Origin: Promethearchaeia archaeon
Lineage (GTDB): Archaea > Asgardarchaeota > Lokiarchaeia > Sigyniarchaeales > SOKP01
Direction of reading: 5' to 3'
DNA: 64,000 bases
Assembly: GCA_029856145.1 (NCBI GenBank)
Contig: JAHQWK010000001.1
Coordinates: forward strand, 64,001-128,000
Shown here: positions 21,721 through 32,704 of the stretch, one piece after another
Position numbering within the stretch: the stretch's first letter is position 1
Layout: each line of letters opens with the position of its first letter
The notes under the pieces: model-generated
Seen by the model: the letters and a program-made list of their open reading frames with translations, nothing else
Told to the model about the DNA's origin: nothing
Database searches by the model: none
Position numbers and translations under genes: made by a program

Positions 21721-22419
21721 CTAACTTTTTAAAGTCTTAAAAGTATAGCTTAATCTTTGTATAACTGTATAAATTAAAGTAAGAGTGTAAATTAGAATAC
21801 TAATGAGAAAAACTGGTGTGACAGGGACTCTAGTGACAAACGGAACAAACGGAATTGTCAAAGGCTCATTGAATATAAGGAATGTTGTAAAATATAATAT
21901 TAATTCTATGATTATAACAAAAAGTAGGAAAAGAATTCGTTCAGCTCGTTCCATGAATCCAACACCTTTCATATTAACACCTTCATTTTCGGCTCTTGAA
22001 CGTATATAAGAAATCATAATAACTAAAAACAATATAATATACCCTAATAAAAAATCTACCAAACCTCCATAAATTAAACCCAAAACAAAAATTGCATCAG
22101 AAAGCCTATCTAAATTTGAATCCAGAAATGCGCCAGCTTGAGTTTCTTTATTTGTTCTTCGCGCCACTTCCCCATCAAATAAATCCATAGCACCAGCGAT
22201 TCCTATCATAAAAGGTATAATCCATGAAAGCCAAATTGAAATATACAACCCATATATAGCTATTAATAATGATGCAACTAAAGAACATATAAATCCTATA
22301 TAGGAAATCTTATTGGGTGTAAAATTGTGTTTAATCAAAAATTCTACGGGGTAATTTATAAGTTTATTTGAAATTTCTCTCTGTCGAGTTCTTTTATTTT
22401 TATCTTCTATTTCATTCAA
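21721..22419 (-). CDS. CDP-alcohol phosphatidyltransferase (archaetidylinositol phosphate synthase-like)
   Basis: TPNKIS and DLFDGEVAR..GAFLDSNLDRLSD signature; SYIRSRAE; ERAER. Confidence 0.9.
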   Translation of the reverse strand: MNEIEDKNKRTRQREISNKLINYPVEFLIKHNFTPNKISYIGFICSLVASLLIAIYGLYISIWLSWIIPFMIGIAGAMDLFDGEVARRTNKETQAGAFLDSNLDRLSDAIFVLGLIYGGLVDFLLGYIILFLVIMISYIRSRAENEGVNMKGVGFMERAERILFLLFVIIIELILYFTTFLIFNEPLTIPFVPFVTRVPVTPVFLISILIYTLTLIYTVIQRLSYTFKTLKS

Positions 22420-22490
22420 TTTCTTAATAAATCCTACAATCTCATCATTTAGATTAATATTTTTAAAATTTCTTTATAATAAAAAATTTA

Positions 22491-23099
22491 TTATAATCCC
22501 ATTCTATATAATTTCAATAATCGAATAACTGAGGAAGCTAAATACGATTGATTTCCAATACTTATAGTTGGAATTTTTAATGCTAATAATTCCTTTGAAT
22601 TGAGAAATTGATCATCTTGGCTCCCTATTATGAAAACAATATTTTCCTTTTCTTGGATGTTGCTAAATAGTTCAAAAAAAGCTTGACCTTGTTCATGTAA
22701 AATAAATACTTTATGATTCATTTTCTTAAAATGCCTTATTGCTTCTATTATATTCATTTTTGAATTTTTAATTGTGTTTAGTGGATTAAGCTTCAGATCT
22801 TCATTAGCATAAATTTTCTGAAGGAAATCAACAAAGTAATCTGTAAAAAGTATTTCATTTTTAGGAAAAAATTCGTAATTAAAAAACTCGGGTTTAAAAA
22901 TAAATGTACCATAACGATCCAAAAATGTCCATATCTGAATATTTCTTTCAAAATCATTATCCCGTAGCATTGTTGAAAGGATACATCGTGAAATTACGTC
23001 TAATCGACCAGAAGATCCGGGTATATCTTTTATAGTATAATTTTTTATATTTATAGTCTTAGATTTAATGAAAAAAATTAAATTCATATAATTGTTCAT
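22491..23099 (-). CDS. trmY: tRNA (pseudouridine54-N1)-methyltransferase
   Basis: DIPGSSGRLDVISRC and SPOUT C-terminus FIIGSQ..ISIGNQSYLAS. Confidence 0.85.
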   Translation of the reverse strand: MNNYMNLIFFIKSKTINIKNYTIKDIPGSSGRLDVISRCILSTMLRDNDFERNIQIWTFLDRYGTFIFKPEFFNYEFFPKNEILFTDYFVDFLQKIYANEDLKLNPLNTIKNSKMNIIEAIRHFKKMNHKVFILHEQGQAFFELFSNIQEKENIVFIIGSQDDQFLNSKELLALKIPTISIGNQSYLASSVIRLLKLYRMGL

Positions 23100-23223
23100 T
23101 AACCTTTTATTTTATAATAAAAAAAATGAAAAAATGGTCTAAATTTCATTTAAATTAAATTTAGTTTTAATAAGATCTAAAGTACAAATTACTTTAAATT
23201 TACTTTATAATTGATGAAAAAAT

Positions 23224-23985
23224 ATGGAGCGAGATAATATCGCAATTGAAGTAAGAAATTTAAAGAAATATTTCAAGAATAAATTTGAAACTGTTAAAGC
23301 TGTTGATGGTATTTCTTTTAATATTAAAAATGGTGAACTTTTTGGTTTTTTAGGACCTAATGGTGCCGGTAAAACTACAACAATAAATATCCTTAGTGGA
23401 TTATTAAAACCTACAGAAGGAACTGCTTTAATTGGTGGGAATGATGTTTTAAAAGAGTTAAATAAAGTTAAAGCGCTAATAGGAATTTGTCCCCAAGAAC
23501 CAGCTATTTTTAAATTTCTTAATGCTAGAGAAAATATTGAGCTTTTTGGAAATCTATACTCAATGCCTAAGGAAAAAATAAAGGAAAGAACTCAAAATCT
23601 TTTAAAAAAGCTTGATTTATTAGAAGCTAGTAAAAGAAAAACAAAAGGCTATAGTGGAGGGATGATCAGACGGTTAAATTTAATAATAGCTCTAATCAAT
23701 GATCCAAAAATTGCATTTCTAGATGAACCAACAGTAGGGATGGATCCAAGAGCTCGTCGCTCAACGTGGGAATTTATTAGAGATCTTAAAAACGATAAAA
23801 CGATTATTCTAACTACTCATTATATTGAAGAAGCAGAAGCTATCTGCGATAGAGTGGCAATAATCGATTACGGTAAATTGATTGAAATAGGATCACCAAA
23901 AGAATTAATGGAAAAATATGAAGTTGAGAATTTGGAAAAAGTATTTATGAAAATAACAGGTAGAAGAATAATGGAGGGAATGTAA
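23224..23985 (+). CDS. ABC-2 exporter ATP-binding protein (DrrA-like)
   Basis: GPNGAGKTT, YSGGM, LDEPT, TTHY motifs. Confidence 0.92.
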   Translation: MERDNIAIEVRNLKKYFKNKFETVKAVDGISFNIKNGELFGFLGPNGAGKTTTINILSGLLKPTEGTALIGGNDVLKELNKVKALIGICPQEPAIFKFLNARENIELFGNLYSMPKEKIKERTQNLLKKLDLLEASKRKTKGYSGGMIRRLNLIIALINDPKIAFLDEPTVGMDPRARRSTWEFIRDLKNDKTIILTTHYIEEAEAICDRVAIIDYGKLIEIGSPKELMEKYEVENLEKVFMKITGRRIMEGM

Positions 23986-23986
23986 A

Positions 23987-24727
23987 ATGGAAGCACAAAG
24001 AATTATAGCTCTTATAAAAATGGAACTTAAAAAACTAATAAGAGAACCGGCTTATTTGTTTTTAATGTTATTATTCCCAGCTGTTCTTACATTAACATTT
24101 GGATTAGCTTTTAGTGACCCTTCACTTGGTATGTCCTTTGATTTTATGGTTCCTGGTCTATTTGCTTATGCTTGTATTTTTATTATAATGACAATAGCCC
24201 AATCTTTTACGGATAACCGAGCAGCAGGACTCTTAAAAAGAATGAATACAACACCAATGACTTCGGGTGAATTTATGGGGAGTCATATAATATCCAATAT
24301 GATAATCGCCATTTTTCAGGTTTTAATAGTTTTTATACTCTCTATCCTTATGGGTTTTAGTCATAATGCTGATGCTGTTGGAATATTATTAGCATTCCTT
24401 GTAATAGCTCTATTATCATTAAGTTCGGTTGGATTAGGACTTATTACGGCATCTATCTCAAAGAATTCTGGAACTGCCACTGGATTGTCGTTTATATTTA
24501 TTCTACCTCAGATGTTTTTTGGAACTTTCATCCCAGTTACTAACAGTACTCGGCTAATAGCTATGTTTCTTCCAAGTTATTATGTAACAGATGCGTTAAA
24601 ATCAATTTTTAATGGAGATTCATTACTTAGTGCGAATATATTAATTGATTTCGCTTTTATTTCTATAGTAAGTATAATAATTGTAATAATTGGAATACAA
24701 TTATTCAAAAAATTTGGAAATAAATAA
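23987..24727 (+). CDS. ABC-2 exporter permease
   Basis: Six TM helices, GLLKRMNTTP motif; immediately follows the ATPase gene. Confidence 0.88.
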   Translation: MEAQRIIALIKMELKKLIREPAYLFLMLLFPAVLTLTFGLAFSDPSLGMSFDFMVPGLFAYACIFIIMTIAQSFTDNRAAGLLKRMNTTPMTSGEFMGSHIISNMIIAIFQVLIVFILSILMGFSHNADAVGILLAFLVIALLSLSSVGLGLITASISKNSGTATGLSFIFILPQMFFGTFIPVTNSTRLIAMFLPSYYVTDALKSIFNGDSLLSANILIDFAFISIVSIIIVIIGIQLFKKFGNK

Positions 24728-24947
24728 AAAAGGGCATAATTTTATTATTTACTATTTTTTTTATTTATATTAATTCTTTAAGCCATCATTCCCCGCCTGG
24801 TTTGAAGGACTGTTCTTTGCATTTATTTGTTGCACCGAATCTTTCTATAATTTAAAAAAGAAATTTTTAAATTTTCTAAAAACTTATTCGATATGAAGAA
24901 ATTATAATTTAGTATGAATTCTAAGAATAATTAAGCTATAATTTAAA

Positions 24948-26918
24948 ATGACTCATAAAATTGTTTATCCCTTTACTGCGATAATTGGCCAAGATTTAAT
25001 GAAATTAGCACTGATATTAAATGCAGTGAATCCAAAAATTGGAGGAGTATTGATACGTGGAATGAAAGGAACTGCTAAATCAACAGCTGTAAGGGCTATA
25101 GCCGATATTTTACCAGAAATACAATATATCAAATCATGTTCATTTAATTGTAATCCCTCAGATCCAAAAGAAATGTGTCATACCTGTCAAGAAAAATATC
25201 AAAATAATCAAATTGATGAGAGTGATATTGATAGTAAAAAAATGAGGGTTATTACTCTTCCTATAAATGCAACTGAAGATAGAGTAGTAGGTACAATTGA
25301 CATTAAAAGAGCATTAAAGGAGGGATTGAAATTTTTAGAACCAGGAATATTAGCTGAAGCTCACAGAAATATTCTTTATATCGATGAAGTTAATCTTTTA
25401 GCAGATAATGTCGCAGATATATTATTAGATAGTGCTGCTATGGGATTAAACATAATTGAGCGTGAGGGTATTAGTTTTCATCATCCTTCTAGTTTTATTT
25501 TAGTTGGAACAATGAATCCAGAAGAGGGAAATTTAAGACCCCAACTCCTCGACCGATTTGGATTATGTAGTGATGTTGAAAGAATTAAAGATGTTGATAA
25601 AAGAGTTCAGATTGTAAGAAATGTTGAGGAATTTCAAAATAAACCTCATTTATTCTTGAAAAAATTTGAAAAAGAACAAAAAAAATTAAGAAGTAAAATT
25701 CTGAATGCTAAAAAGCTTTTAAATCAGGTAACTATTTCAGAGGATTTCTTAAAAAAAATTGCGAAGACCTGTATTATATTTCAAATAGACGGTCATAGAG
25801 CAGATATAACGATCACTCGTACAGCTAAAACATTAGCAGCATTAGATGGAAGAGATGAAATAATAGAAGAAGATATAAAAATTGCTGCTAAACTTGCTCT
25901 TACTCACAGATTAAGAAAATTACCCTTTGAAGATCAAACTCTTGATGAAAATGATATCGAAAAAATATTTGCCGAACAAGAAGAGGAAAAAATAGACCAA
26001 AATAAAATATATGAAAATGAGAATGATCACCAAATTTTGAACATAAAGCAGGAAGTATTTGAAATAGACAAGAATGTGAAAGCAGATAATATCATTCAAA
26101 ATAAAAAGATAAGAAAAATTATGAATACATCTGGACAAAGAATCATACATCCAACTACTAGCGTCCGTGGAAAGTATATTGGAGGTCAGAAACCTAGAGA
26201 TTTTGATATTCCAATTTCTCACGATATTGCTTTGAATGAAACAATAAATGAGGCTGCATTAGAACCCGAAAATAGAGATGCAATTAAGAATGGGGGAAAA
26301 TTAACTGTTAAGGAAGATCATATTCACATTAAGAAAAGAATGGGTAAATCAAGTTATCTAATTGTTTTTTGTGTTGATGCTTCTGGATCAATGGGAGTTA
26401 ATAGTAGAATGGAAGTAATAAAGGGTACAATTTTTTCTATTTTACAATCTAATTATGTGTATCGTGATAAAGTATCGTTAATTGTGTTTAGGAATGAAAA
26501 AGCAGAAATAATTTTACCGCCAACTAGAAGCACAGATTTAGCGTATAAATTATTGAAAGAGATCCGGACTGGTGGAACTACTCCACTTGTTGCTGGCTTA
26601 TTAAAAGCTATGGACGTTGCACTTGAAGAGACACGAAAGAAAACAGGATATACACCATTAATTATCCTTTTAACAGACGCAAGAGGGAATGTATATTATA
26701 ACGATCCTATTGATGATATATTAAAAGCAGGGGAACAAATTGCGAAATATAGTATAGGTACGATTATTATTGATGTTGAAGATTCAAATTTAAAATTAGA
26801 AATCTGTAAAAAATTGGCAAAATTTGCTAATGCTGCATATTATCATATAAATAATTTGAATCAAGAAAATTTAAGCCAAATCTTAACTAGTGAAGGGATT
26901 CTAGAGAGAATTAAATAA
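24948..26918 (+). CDS. Chelatase ATPase subunit, ChlI/ChlD-type AAA+ / vWA fusion
   Basis: [45 protein letters not shown]; vWA MIDAS motif DASGSM and TGGTTPL. Confidence 0.92.
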   Translation: MTHKIVYPFTAIIGQDLMKLALILNAVNPKIGGVLIRGMKGTAKSTAVRAIADILPEIQYIKSCSFNCNPSDPKEMCHTCQEKYQNNQIDESDIDSKKMRVITLPINATEDRVVGTIDIKRALKEGLKFLEPGILAEAHRNILYIDEVNLLADNVADILLDSAAMGLNIIEREGISFHHPSSFILVGTMNPEEGNLRPQLLDRFGLCSDVERIKDVDKRVQIVRNVEEFQNKPHLFLKKFEKEQKKLRSKILNAKKLLNQVTISEDFLKKIAKTCIIFQIDGHRADITITRTAKTLAALDGRDEIIEEDIKIAAKLALTHRLRKLPFEDQTLDENDIEKIFAEQEEEKIDQNKIYENENDHQILNIKQEVFEIDKNVKADNIIQNKKIRKIMNTSGQRIIHPTTSVRGKYIGGQKPRDFDIPISHDIALNETINEAALEPENRDAIKNGGKLTVKEDHIHIKKRMGKSSYLIVFCVDASGSMGVNSRMEVIKGTIFSILQSNYVYRDKVSLIVFRNEKAEIILPPTRSTDLAYKLLKEIRTGGTTPLVAGLLKAMDVALEETRKKTGYTPLIILLTDARGNVYYNDPIDDILKAGEQIAKYSIGTIIIDVEDSNLKLEICKKLAKFANAAYYHINNLNQENLSQILTSEGILERIK

Positions 26919-26933
26919 GAATTTGATTGTGTA

Positions 26934-29900
26934 ATGAAAGAAAATTTAGATGAAGTTAAAAAAGTACCTAAAATTTCCATTATTACTGCCGCAGTATTTA
27001 TGAAGTGGATAACTGAGGGTATAATAGAAATTTATCAAAAATTTGGGCGAATTTTTAGTTTTAAAACCTATTTTTTGAATGATGTTAATGATGGAAAGGT
27101 TTCAAAAGAAGAATTTACTAAAGTAATTTATGAATCTGATGTAATGCTCATTGATATAAGAGGCCATTGTTTAGCAGTGGATATTCTTGAAGAAACTTAC
27201 GATAGAATGGAAAAAGAAAACCCAGAATTATTTGAGACAAAACAAATTATAACTTTAATTGGAGGAAATCCTCAACTTATGAAGCTCACTAAACTAGGGT
27301 CTTTTATAGGGCGTAAAATTCCAGTACCCCAAAAAAAATTAGAATTAGGCTTTGATGAAGTACTAGATATCACTGAAGCAGTTAATAAAGGCATGAAAAT
27401 AGACAAGATTATGGGAAAATTTTCAAAAATGTTTCCATTTAGATTGCTTAAGCATATTAGAAATTGGGTATATTTAAGAGATTATTGGAGTCATGGCTTT
27501 GCTGGAATAGCAGAAAACCATAAAAATTTGATCTTATTTCTTTTAAAAAATTACTTAGGATTTAAAAATATTAAAGTACCTAAACCATCAAAAATCCCTG
27601 AAATTGGGATATATGAGCCAATTTCAAATAAATATTTTGACACATTAGATGAATATCTAAATTTTAAACCAATAGACCCAGATAAACAAACGATAGGTTT
27701 ATTTTTTTATGGATCACTTTATTTTGAGCAATCATTGCCGATAATTGAGGAATTTGTAAATAAATTATCTGAATTTAATATTATTCCAGTTTATTCAGAA
27801 GTATTATTTAATATTGAAGCTCATCAGAAATTTTTTTTTAAAAATAGGAGGAATCTTGCAAGTATAATTATCAATCTTCAATATTTCCAACTTAACGGAG
27901 GACCCTTTGGGGGAGATTCCTCTATAACAATAGATTTATACAAAAAAATGAATATACCTCATATCAATCCAATAATTCAATATGATCTTCTTTATGATGA
28001 ATATCTTAAGTCGGAACAGGGATCTAGTCCTATAAATCAAGTTATATCCATTGTAATGCCAGAATTAGATGGAAGAATTGAGATGATGACCGTTGGATGT
28101 ATGCGAAATTTAGGATATTCTGAAGAGATACATTCAGAAGTTTTAGAGGTCGCTTCTATTTCTCATCATATTAATTTTATTATTGGGAGAGTAAAGAAAT
28201 GGCTTAATCTACGTATTAAAGATAATTCAGAAAAAAAAATTGCGATTATTATTTATAATTATCCCCCAAGTGAGGATAAGATAGGAAATGCAGCCTATTT
28301 AGATGTTTCAAAATCTGTTAGGAATTTAATAGATTTTTTAATGAAAGAAGGGTATAGTGGAGAAAATATCCCTGAAGATAAGAATTTATCAGATATTTTT
28401 ATTGAAAGCGGAGCTCTAAATAATGCAAAATATACAAATGTAGAAGTTTTTAAAGGAATAAAATGGAAAAACGAAGAATATTTAACATATTTTAATCAAT
28501 TACCAGAAGAACTTAATAATAATATTATTGAACATTGGGGAGCCCCCCCAGGAAAAATAAATGTTGAAAATAATCATTTTAAACTTCCTATAATACAATT
28601 TAAAAATATATATATTGCATTACAACCTGCCAGAAGCATGATTTCTGGAGACCCTAATGATTATCATGATAAGAATTTACCTCCTCATCATCAATATCTA
28701 GCTTTTTATCGTTATCTTGAAAATATTTTAAATATAGATGCTATAATTCACTTTGGAACACATGGAACTGTTGAATTTCAACCCGGAAAGCAAACTTCTG
28801 GAGGTCCAGATGATTTCTGTTTAAATCTCATTGGGACAATACCGAATTTGTATTATTATCATATAACAAACACTAGTGAATCAGCAATAGCAAAAAGAAG
28901 GGGAAATGCTGTTATAATAAACCATGCAGGACCCACTTTCAAAAATTCAGATTTATATCAAGAACTTGCTAAACTAGAATCTTTAATCTCCGAATATCAA
29001 AATGAAAAAATTTTAGATTTAAAAGAATCAATTGATCCTGTGAAAGCCGATAGAGTTAGAGATATGGAGAATGATATCTCTAAAATAGCTAAAAATTTAA
29101 ATTTTGAATATTCCTCTATTGATGAGCTTGAAGCTCTATTATATAGATACAAAACAGCAGTTATACCAATGGGGCTTCATGTATTAGGCAAAAGTTATAA
29201 TATGGAAGAGAAAAAAGATCTTATTCTCCAAATTCTATTGAATTCAGGTGAAATACCCGATAATTTAAAGGAAATGTTATTGAAATTCGAAAGACAAGAA
29301 AAACAACAATCTAATCTTTTAGAGAAACATATACAAGGAATTATAGATGAGATCTATGATTCAGAAAAAAAAATTAAGCAAAGTGAGTTAAACGAGGAGG
29401 AATATTTGTCTTTAAAAAATTGGGTTAAAGATTTCCTCTTTAGAATTGATAGTTCTATGGAGATGGAGAATTTAATTCGAGGATTAGAAGGTGGATATGT
29501 AGAACCTGGCCTTGGTGGCGATCCAATACGTTCACCGAATATATTTCCAACAGGCAGAAATTCTTACGGGTTTGATCCGAGATTAATTCCAAGTTCGACA
29601 GCTTATAAGAGAGGGACATTAATTGCCGAAAAATTAATTGAGAATTATAAAAAAGAATATGGAACATTTCCTGAAACAACAAGTGTAGTTCTATGGGCTT
29701 TCGAAACAATGAAAACAGGAGGCGAAACTATTGGGCAAATTTTTAATTACTTAGGTGTTAGACCAATTAAAAATAGATCTGTATGGACAACTGAACTTGA
29801 AGTAATACCTCTTGAAGAAATGAAACACCCTCGAATTAATATTATCGTTACTATTTGTGGGATTTTTAGAGATACTTTTCCTTATATTTTAAATTTATTA

Positions 29901-30725
29901 AATGAAGCAGTAGAATTAGTGGAAAATTTAGATGAGCCTTTTGATAAGAATTTTGTTAGAAAGAGCATAATAGAATTAAAACAAAAAGGTTTAGAGCTCC
30001 CTGAGGCTAAGGTATATGGTCCTGCACCAGGAAAATATAATACTAACTTGACTGATATTATTTCAGCAGGAGTTTGGGAAGATGAAAAAGAATTAGTTGA
30101 TGATTATATAAATTGCATGAGCTTTGCTTATATGAAAGATCAGAAAGTTCAGAAAATTGCTAAAACATTTACAGAAAATATAAGTAAGATTGATATAATG
30201 AGCCAAGTAAGAGATTCTTCTGAATATCATATAACAGATCTCGATCATTATTTTGAATTTACTGGCGGATTAGCAAGAGTTTTTAACGAAATTAATGGAA
30301 AACAAGCAAATATTTATATTGCAGATACGACAACAAGAGAGATAAAAGTTGATCCTTTAGAGAAAAGTATCAAGGAAGGTGCAGTTACAAGGTCATTGAA
30401 TCCTCGGTGGATAGAAGCAATGTTAGCTCATAAATATCATGGTGGTCAAAAAATTGCTGAAAGAGTTGAGAATGTTTTAGGGCTTGCTGCTACTACTCAC
30501 TCTGTAGATAATTGGATTTGGGATAAAAGTTATCAACAATATGTAGAAAATGAGGAAATTCGAGAGGCACTTATTAAAAATAACAGATTTGCAATGATGG
30601 ATATTATTAGAAACATACTGCAAGCAGGAAATAGAGGTTATTGGGACGCAACGGAAGAACAGATTGATAATCTAAAAAAATTGTATTTAGAGTTAGAAAA
30701 CTGGGTTGAGAGTATTTATCAATAA
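26934..30725 (+). CDS. cobN: CobN / BchH-type chelatase large subunit
   Basis: MPELDG, YNYPP, HFGTHG, PTGRN, ICGIFRD, LNPRWIEAM motifs. Confidence 0.9.
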   Translation: MKENLDEVKKVPKISIITAAVFMKWITEGIIEIYQKFGRIFSFKTYFLNDVNDGKVSKEEFTKVIYESDVMLIDIRGHCLAVDILEETYDRMEKENPELFETKQIITLIGGNPQLMKLTKLGSFIGRKIPVPQKKLELGFDEVLDITEAVNKGMKIDKIMGKFSKMFPFRLLKHIRNWVYLRDYWSHGFAGIAENHKNLILFLLKNYLGFKNIKVPKPSKIPEIGIYEPISNKYFDTLDEYLNFKPIDPDKQTIGLFFYGSLYFEQSLPIIEEFVNKLSEFNIIPVYSEVLFNIEAHQKFFFKNRRNLASIIINLQYFQLNGGPFGGDSSITIDLYKKMNIPHINPIIQYDLLYDEYLKSEQGSSPINQVISIVMPELDGRIEMMTVGCMRNLGYSEEIHSEVLEVASISHHINFIIGRVKKWLNLRIKDNSEKKIAIIIYNYPPSEDKIGNAAYLDVSKSVRNLIDFLMKEGYSGENIPEDKNLSDIFIESGALNNAKYTNVEVFKGIKWKNEEYLTYFNQLPEELNNNIIEHWGAPPGKINVENNHFKLPIIQFKNIYIALQPARSMISGDPNDYHDKNLPPHHQYLAFYRYLENILNIDAIIHFGTHGTVEFQPGKQTSGGPDDFCLNLIGTIPNLYYYHITNTSESAIAKRRGNAVIINHAGPTFKNSDLYQELAKLESLISEYQNEKILDLKESIDPVKADRVRDMENDISKIAKNLNFEYSSIDELEALLYRYKTAVIPMGLHVLGKSYNMEEKKDLILQILLNSGEIPDNLKEMLLKFERQEKQQSNLLEKHIQGIIDEIYDSEKKIKQSELNEEEYLSLKNWVKDFLFRIDSSMEMENLIRGLEGGYVEPGLGGDPIRSPNIFPTGRNSYGFDPRLIPSSTAYKRGTLIAEKLIENYKKEYGTFPETTSVVLWAFETMKTGGETIGQIFNYLGVRPIKNRSVWTTELEVIPLEEMKHPRINIIVTICGIFRDTFPYILNLLNEAVELVENLDEPFDKNFVRKSIIELKQKGLELPEAKVYGPAPGKYNTNLTDIISAGVWEDEKELVDDYINCMSFAYMKDQKVQKIAKTFTENISKIDIMSQVRDSSEYHITDLDHYFEFTGGLARVFNEINGKQANIYIADTTTREIKVDPLEKSIKEGAVTRSLNPRWIEAMLAHKYHGGQKIAERVENVLGLAATTHSVDNWIWDKSYQQYVENEEIREALIKNNRFAMMDIIRNILQAGNRGYWDATEEQIDNLKKLYLELENWVESIYQ

Positions 30726-30747
30726 AAAAAATATTGTACAATAACAA

Positions 30748-30954
30748 TTATAATGAGAGATATTTTTTTCTAATTATCTTTCTTTCATTAAATAATTTTG
30801 ATTTCTTTTTCTTCAAATATGTAATTAAGTAAAAAGCAGCAATCATTATAGCTATAGAAAGGATAATACCAATAATTCCGGCGATATAATCATTGGTAAT
30901 CCAACTTAAGATAGGAATCCAGGGAGAGAATAAACTTTCAAGCCATTCTTCGCT
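30748..30954 (-). pseudogene. 5'-truncated small membrane protein remnant (possibly PDGLE/CbiN-like)
   Basis: Frame SEEWLESLFSPWIPILSWITNDYIAGIIGIILSIAIM..KKKK directly preceded by TAA with no usable upstream start. Confidence 0.3.
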
Positions 30955-31101
30955 TTAAATGTCAAGAATTTACTAGGATCTTATGATGATATTCTATCTT
31001 TAATAAAAAAGAGTTATTAGTAAATTGATACAATACTTTTTCTAAAAAATTAATTTTAAATTTGTATAATTTATTTTCTAATAAACTTCTGGTGACCAGA
31101 T

Positions 31102-31593
31102 ATTCACTTAGTCCTAACTTTTTTCCATCAAATTAATGGCCCGAGTGTTTTATTATCATATCCAGATGAAAAATTAGAAGAAGAGATTATCAGCTCTCTA
31201 ATTAAATTCTTTGACCTGGAAATCAACGAAACGTTTTTTGAAATCGTTCTTATCACAAAAAAAAAGAAAATTATTAATTTTCATTTTGAGATCCCGTCTG
31301 AGTGGGCACGTGGCAAAAAAGAATTTGCTATGCTCTCTTTGATAATGAAAATAGAATATAACAGTGAAGATCTTTATGCATTCCTCGTAGACTCGAGCTA
31401 TAAAATCCTAAAAACAGAGAATGTTTATAAAGCATTTTATAAGGATTCAGATTTTCATTATAATGATATAGAAATCGATCTTAACTATGAGATAATAAGA
31501 AAAATACTCTTTGATTGTTTAACTAATTTAATATCAAGAATTGAGGATAAAATTAAAGGATTAGAGAAAAAGGATCCTTTTCCTTTTACTTAA
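31102..31593 (+). CDS. Longin/uDENN-like domain protein (163 aa from an ATT start)
   Basis: GGTGA RBS then ATT; HLVLTFFHQINGPSVLLSYP and IPSEWARG..AMLSLI match the F-H/D-xxx-GP..P and ARG motifs of uDENN longins; the track caught only the C-terminal half. Confidence 0.7.
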   Translation: MHLVLTFFHQINGPSVLLSYPDEKLEEEIISSLIKFFDLEINETFFEIVLITKKKKIINFHFEIPSEWARGKKEFAMLSLIMKIEYNSEDLYAFLVDSSYKILKTENVYKAFYKDSDFHYNDIEIDLNYEIIRKILFDCLTNLISRIEDKIKGLEKKDPFPFT

Positions 31594-31639
31594 AAATAGA
31601 AACTAAAAAAAGAATTTTACTTTCCTTTAAATTATAAGT

Positions 31640-31938
31640 ATGTCGCCTGAAACACTAACACAGTCTTTTTCATCTCAAGGAATTCTACCCTTTAAATCAA
31701 AGGCGTTCTCTCATGCCAGGCATTTAAAACGTTGGGACATAATCATGTCGCAAATCTGGGTTGCTGACTCTACATTCATTGCTGTGGTTTTTACCATCGC
31801 TCTGTAAAGAGCCCGTATTATTTTTGCATTTACTGATTATTAAACTCTAGATATTCGCATTAGTTTGCACTGCATAATCATTTTTTCATCATATGAGTCC
31901 TCGAACACGCGGTTATTCCATCATCGTTTTCCCATCAA
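31640..31938 (-). ncRNA. Unassigned ~300-nt structured RNA candidate
   Basis: About 38% GC by hand count versus much lower GC in flanking intergenic DNA; multiple hairpins; no convincing ORF; strand inferred from an upstream AT-rich box. Confidence 0.5.
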
Positions 31939-32025
31939 TATAATAGATTATTAAAAATAAAAGTTTTATTATAATCCCAATTTTGATGAAAAAATTCAAA
32001 TTAGTAAGTTGCTATTTAATTTAAA

Positions 32026-32496
32026 TTACAGCATACCTATAGAATCAGACCTAAACAATTCCTTTACTTCTTTACTAAGATCTGCCTGATCGGCTTGTAA
32101 ATATCTATTTAGTATCAAAGATATTTTTGGAGCATATTTCTTCATAGTGGCTCTAATAAATCCTATCTGAGCATTTTTATCAGCTACAATACATAAAACG
32201 CCTTTACCGACTTTCATCGAAAAAATCATACCTTCAAGATATTCTGTAATTTGAAGGTCTATAGTCCCATAACCTAGAATATGGCCTTGTTCCTCTCCTG
32301 CCACAAAGACTGCGCCCCCAATAGCACCAATCTTTTCTACAGAAATTCCATTCTGATCAGAAAATTTAAATTTAGCTTGACTTAGAATTGTTATCCCTGT
32401 ATCATCAGTGATGAGAGCAAACTTTAATCCTGGCGTACTATTTATGATTAAAGTTAAAATCTTCTTTAATCTAAGCTCATCCTCGGAATAACTCAA
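32026..32496 (-). CDS. Roadblock/LC7 domain protein
   Basis: TPGLKFALITDDTGITI..EKIGAI..LCIVADKNAQIGFIR pattern. Confidence 0.85.
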   Translation of the reverse strand: MSYSEDELRLKKILTLIINSTPGLKFALITDDTGITILSQAKFKFSDQNGISVEKIGAIGGAVFVAGEEQGHILGYGTIDLQITEYLEGMIFSMKVGKGVLCIVADKNAQIGFIRATMKKYAPKISLILNRYLQADQADLSKEVKELFRSDSIGML

Positions 32497-32704
32497 ATAT
32501 TTATCAGCCTATTAATTAATATCTCTTTTTATATCAGTTTCTTTAAGGTTCAAAAATATTTATTTAAACCAAACTTTATATTTTTACCTTATACTCTCTT
32601 TAGTTAATGAAGATATTATAAATATAAAAATTTAAGTAAACCATTTGTTTTTCTACGGTACGCAATAAAAAATAATTATAAACTCTGTTCTGTAAACTTT
32701 TTTC

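Noticed and set aside
24780-24947. Cobalamin riboswitch upstream of chlI/D-cobN
   Set aside because: No B12-box or correctly ordered consensus on the sense strand, and the GC-rich patch is too short
31640-31938. RNase P RNA, SRP RNA, group I intron or a UGA-readthrough selenoprotein
   Set aside because: Diagnostic conserved motifs are absent or weak; the UGA-containing frame also has TAA stops and no recognisable protein
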